The position numbers and the translations under genes are program-made. Shown here piece by piece: positions 60,397 through 64,000 of a DNA stretch of 64,000 bases (within the stretch, counting starts at the first letter, position 1; each line of letters opens with the position of its first letter). Location: assembly GCA_965219455.1 (NCBI GenBank), contig OZ244744.1, positions 5,536,001 through 5,600,000 on the forward strand. The letters run 5' to 3'. This DNA comes from Candidatus Latescibacterota bacterium (GTDB taxonomy: Bacteria > Latescibacterota > UBA2968 > GCA-2709665). Below the pieces are notes generated by a model, which worked only from the letters and a program-made list of their open reading frames with translations, did no database searches and had not been told where the DNA came from.

Positions 60397-61244
60397 TATT
60401 CCGCTTCGATCTGCTTTTCATCCTTCGGCAGAACCAGAAACGTCTCTGACTGGCTGTCTACGTTGAATATGCGAAGGTAGCGGGTGTGGCGAAGTCCGTC
60501 CACTTCCCCGATCAACTCCAGGACACCATCGCCGTCTATATCCAGATAGCCCAGACGGTCTCCAAATCCGTCGGCAAAGTACCACTCCATGATCAATGTG
60601 TCGAGGTCCACGACCACACCCGTATTCAATACAACCTCCAGGCCGTAGTCGTCGTCGAAATCCGCGATCACCATGCTCTGGGCGTGAATCGATTCTTTCG
60701 GGATCGCGTCGCTGATACCCTGCTCGTACAGCTCCAGACAGTCGTAAACGTGGATGTACATCTCGCTATGGCCCAAACTCTTGACCAGATAGACGAGTTC
60801 CAGTTGAGGATCATCGTCCACATTCGCAATTTCGACCTGGGTGATATCCTCCTGGATCTGCCATATAAAACTGTAGTCTTCCGCACTGTATAGAACCACA
60901 TGCGTGAACGTGTAGGCGACAATCTCGAATTCTCCGTCCGCATCGACGTCTTTCACAAAAACCCCAAGGATTGCCGATCCCAACGGCTCGCTTTTCCACT
61001 CCTCGAATCCGCGTCCATCGACGTACCTTACAACATGCAGGCTACCCCGCTCGTCTCCGTACACGACCCGCAGGATTGCCTCGTCACCCGACGGCAGGAC
61101 ACGAACCTGAGGCATTTCATCTATACTTCCACCCCAGTGGAAATGCCGGTTGTCGCGTAAAGCGTACCAGTCCGTGTTCCCGGCCTGGGCCGGCATCTGT
61201 GCCGTCAACCAGAACAGCGCGGCTATCCAGAAGTGGCATTGCAT
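60396..61244 (-). CDS. Secreted FG-GAP/VCBS-repeat protein
   Basis: Signal peptide; DVDADGEFEI, NVDDDPQLEL, DIDGDGVLEL repeats. Confidence 0.75.
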   Translation of the reverse strand: MQCHFWIAALFWLTAQMPAQAGNTDWYALRDNRHFHWGGSIDEMPQVRVLPSGDEAILRVVYGDERGSLHVVRYVDGRGFEEWKSEPLGSAILGVFVKDVDADGEFEIVAYTFTHVVLYSAEDYSFIWQIQEDITQVEIANVDDDPQLELVYLVKSLGHSEMYIHVYDCLELYEQGISDAIPKESIHAQSMVIADFDDDYGLEVVLNTGVVVDLDTLIMEWYFADGFGDRLGYLDIDGDGVLELIGEVDGLRHTRYLRIFNVDSQSETFLVLPKDEKQIEAE

Positions 61245-61246
61245 GC

Positions 61247-62434
61247 CTATCGGTCCTTTAACTCGGACAGAATCGAAAAGATCTCACTGTTCGCCCGGAT
61301 CGCTTGTTCTCCTTCCGGAACGGTACGCTGGTGACACACCAGGCACACCTCCCGGAGTTCCGGTTTATGACAGTTCGTACATTCGTTCACATTGCCGTAC
61401 GGCGCAAAAAACGGCGCCTCGCGTAGATGAAAGGCCTCCGCATCGATGCGTCCCCCCGGGTTCTGGTGAGCAACGGTGCTGGTTACACCTTCTCTTTCGT
61501 GGCAATCCTGGCAGAACGCCCTGAGTTTGTGGCAGGAAGCGCAGTCTGCAATTCTACCGGAGACATCCTCTCCGTGGTTTCCTCGAAAATCCGAGGTGAT
61601 CGAAATGACCTTAATGTATCGCTCGGGCCGTAAACTCTTGTATTCTCCTATCAGATCCGGCGTGCCGTCGTAATTCACGTCCATGTAACCCATGCGGTCG
61701 CATCCGCCGAAGTGCCATTCGAAGTTCAGGGATCTTGCATCGATCACGACGCCGGTATTGATGGCGATTTCGAGGTCAGCGTCTTCGTCCAGGTTCGCGA
61801 TGACCATGCTTTCGCCAATGAGAGTCTGTTCGCCCCTTCTCTCCTCCGCAAGATGTCTGCCGTCGTAGACGAACAATCGGGAGTCCCGCTCTCCGGAAGC
61901 GTCCCCCGCTTCTCCAAGGAAGACCAACTCCAGCTGCGGGTCGCCATCCAGATTTTCGATCGCCATCGTCGAGATCGTCGCATACTCGTCGTCTTTGCTG
62001 CGCCAGATCAACTCATACGTATCCGCATTATAAATCACGATGTCGCCCCAATGCGAATACGCGACAATCTCAAGGATACCGTCTGCATTGACGTCCGCTA
62101 CAAATACCTGTGCCACAGATGATTTGAGGGATTGGCTAACCCAAATCTCCCGGGATCTTCCCTCCGCGAACTCAAGCACGTGCAACAGGCCCTGGCGGTC
62201 TCCGTAGACCATACGCCTGGCGGTGTCGGCTGGATCGGGAATAATCCGAACGGTACGCATTTCAGAAAGGGCACCGCCGAAGGAAACATCCTTGCTCTTC
62301 GCCCATCGGAACCATTCCAGGTCTCCTGCGTGCGCCAGCGTCAGTCCGGCGAACAAACAGGCCAACACCCAGAAACCATTTCGAACGAACAAGCCCCTCA
62401 CGCCGAACCTCCGCTCAGAACAGACTGAGATCAA
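61247..62434 (-). CDS. FG-GAP-repeat protein with C-terminal tetraheme cytochrome c domain
   Basis: DVNADGILEI-type repeats; CASCH, CQDCH, CTNCH, CLVCH. Confidence 0.75.
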   Translation of the reverse strand: MISVCSERRFGVRGLFVRNGFWVLACLFAGLTLAHAGDLEWFRWAKSKDVSFGGALSEMRTVRIIPDPADTARRMVYGDRQGLLHVLEFAEGRSREIWVSQSLKSSVAQVFVADVNADGILEIVAYSHWGDIVIYNADTYELIWRSKDDEYATISTMAIENLDGDPQLELVFLGEAGDASGERDSRLFVYDGRHLAEERRGEQTLIGESMVIANLDEDADLEIAINTGVVIDARSLNFEWHFGGCDRMGYMDVNYDGTPDLIGEYKSLRPERYIKVISITSDFRGNHGEDVSGRIADCASCHKLRAFCQDCHEREGVTSTVAHQNPGGRIDAEAFHLREAPFFAPYGNVNECTNCHKPELREVCLVCHQRTVPEGEQAIRANSEIFSILSELKDR

Positions 62435-63320
62435 CGTTGAGATAGCGTTTCGGGTCCTTTTTGATCCCTTCGATCAGGCTGTCCACCGAGGTCACGGTAC
62501 GCCGCAGATCCCGGTACAGCCGTTCGTCGTGAATCAGACGGCCCAGCGTCCCTTCACCTCGACGCAGTTTTCCGCTCACTTCGTTCAGATCGGACAGTGA
62601 GTTCCCGAGCGATTCCAATGCCGTCTCCATATTGCGCGCCACCCCATCCATCCTCTCGGTCGCACGACGAATATTCTCTACAACCTGGCGCACCTCGGGC
62701 CGGTTCTCGCCCAGCATGTTCCTTGCGTCGCGGGCGGCCACGGCCGCTGTATCCAGCACGGCGGCCAGGGTCTCGCGGTTCTCTGAAAGGGTCTGCTTCA
62801 GGTACGCGGCCGAACTATCCATATTCGCCAGCAAGGCCCCGACGTGGGTGAGATTCCTTTCTGCCAGCACCGCTTCCAGGCGCTCCGCCAGCGAACTGGC
62901 ATGGTCTGCCATCTCCTCAATGCCGCCTCCCGACGACCCCTGAAGCGTGTCGTGGTCGGCATAAACCCTTTCGGAGTCGGATCCCACCTGCACGTCGATC
63001 ATTTTGCCCCCCAATAATCCCTCGGACTGCAAAAAAACCCTAGAATACCGGGGAAGGTTTCGAAATTCCGCAAAGCCGATACTTACAAGGGGCAACCCTT
63101 GCGTCAGTTTGATTTCAAGAACCTTGCCAGCCCAAACACCCCGGATGAACACAGGGTCGCCGGGTTGCAACCCGGGTACGCTATCGAAAAAGACATGCAA
63201 CTGATAACCACCGGCCGCCCCTGCGTAATTCTCCGACAACCAGGCCGCTCCCAGGACCGCAATCGCAATCGCCAAAAAAATGACGGCACCCAGAACCATC
63301 TGTTTTTCTCGGCTGATCAT
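62415..63320 (-). CDS. mlaD: MCE/MlaD family protein
   Basis: N-terminal TM, FDSVPGLQPGDPV, GLLGGKMI, helical tail GEGTLGRLI. Confidence 0.88.
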   Translation of the reverse strand: MISREKQMVLGAVIFLAIAIAVLGAAWLSENYAGAAGGYQLHVFFDSVPGLQPGDPVFIRGVWAGKVLEIKLTQGLPLVSIGFAEFRNLPRYSRVFLQSEGLLGGKMIDVQVGSDSERVYADHDTLQGSSGGGIEEMADHASSLAERLEAVLAERNLTHVGALLANMDSSAAYLKQTLSENRETLAAVLDTAAVAARDARNMLGENRPEVRQVVENIRRATERMDGVARNMETALESLGNSLSDLNEVSGKLRRGEGTLGRLIHDERLYRDLRRTVTSVDSLIEGIKKDPKRYLNVDLSLF

Positions 63321-63332
63321 TCGCCACCTACT

Positions 63333-64000
63333 TCAGATTTTACCCTGAACGAACAGGTCATAGATATCGTTTCCGCTCCTCTCAATTTCCTCGGGAGTCC
63401 CTTGAGTGGCTGTTTTTCCATTGTAGAGCAGGGCAATCCTGTCCGAAATCCTGCGGGCAAGCGGGAGATCGTGGGTAACCACGACCGAGGTTACGTCCAG
63501 CTCATCTTGAAGTTTCAATATATAGTCGCCCACCACATTGGCGGTAGCGGGGTCCAGGCCCGTAGTCGGCTCGTCATAAAGGATGAAATCAGGTGACATT
63601 GCAATCGCCCTCGCCAGCGCCGCACGCTTCCGCATACCGCCCGATAGTTCGACGGGCATCGTCTGCTCCGCACCGGAGAGCCGAACGGCTTCAAGGCATA
63701 CCCTGACCCGTTCTCCAATCTCCTGCTCCGACATTCTGGTATGCATACGCAGCCCGAATGCCACGTTCTCCTTTACATTCATTGAATCGAACAGCGCCGC
63801 GGATTGAAACAGCACGCCGATCCGCTTTCGAAGTTCCTTCAGATCCTTCTTCCGGATGGTATTCATATCGTGGCCGTCCACCGTCACCCGTCCGTGGTCT
63901 GCCTGTTCGATGCCGATAATATGTTTGAGCGTCACACTCTTGCCGCATCCGCTGGGGCCCAGAATGGTGGTGACTTCCCCCCAACGGACGTCCAGATCCA
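63333..64000 (-). CDS. mlaF: MlaF/Mkl-type ABC ATPase (start outside window)
   Basis: GPSGCGKS, LFQSAALFDS, LSGGMRKR, YDEPTTGLDP, VVVTHD. Confidence 0.9.
   Translation of the reverse strand, partial: DLDVRWGEVTTILGPSGCGKSVTLKHIIGIEQADHGRVTVDGHDMNTIRKKDLKELRKRIGVLFQSAALFDSMNVKENVAFGLRMHTRMSEQEIGERVRVCLEAVRLSGAEQTMPVELSGGMRKRAALARAIAMSPDFILYDEPTTGLDPATANVVGDYILKLQDELDVTSVVVTHDLPLARRISDRIALLYNGKTATQGTPEEIERSGNDIYDLFVQGKI

Overview
GC-rich bacterial DNA. About 4.3-55.5 kb is an internally duplicated, almost entirely minus-strand island lying between lexA and a tRNA-Pro(CGG) gene. Its centre is a diversity-generating retroelement (DGR): avd (24111-24509), a DGR-type reverse transcriptase (23045-24130) and an adenine-rich template repeat (TR, 22925-23045). 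Around it are eight paralogous receptor-like genes encoding Ser/Thr kinase - TM - helical stalk - FGE-sulfatase/CLec domain. The variable region (VR) of the adjacent paralog differs from the TR at 19 positions in its core, all TR adenines. A second paralog 14 kb away also fits this TR. Two or three other paralogs show adenine-type variation around a different template that is not in the window, and a remnant of a second DGR cassette sits at 32605-32692. The receptors are embedded in two copies of a signalling/effector module: two FHA proteins, a MotA/ExbB-like protein, a MotB/ExbD-like-YfaP protein, and an active plus an inactive trypsin-TM-FHA protein. Two intact PP2C phosphatases and one PP2C pseudogene are also present. 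Other elements are a complete group II intron, an ORF-less derivative of it, an IS256 remnant, degenerate tRNA-Pro att-like fragments and several REP-like repeat families. The flanks carry ordinary genes (ABC ATPase, rhodanese, beta-propeller, lexA; DUF368, AI-2E transporter, FG-GAP proteins, mlaD/mlaF, two tRNA-Pro genes). All comparisons were done by eye and no database searches were run.
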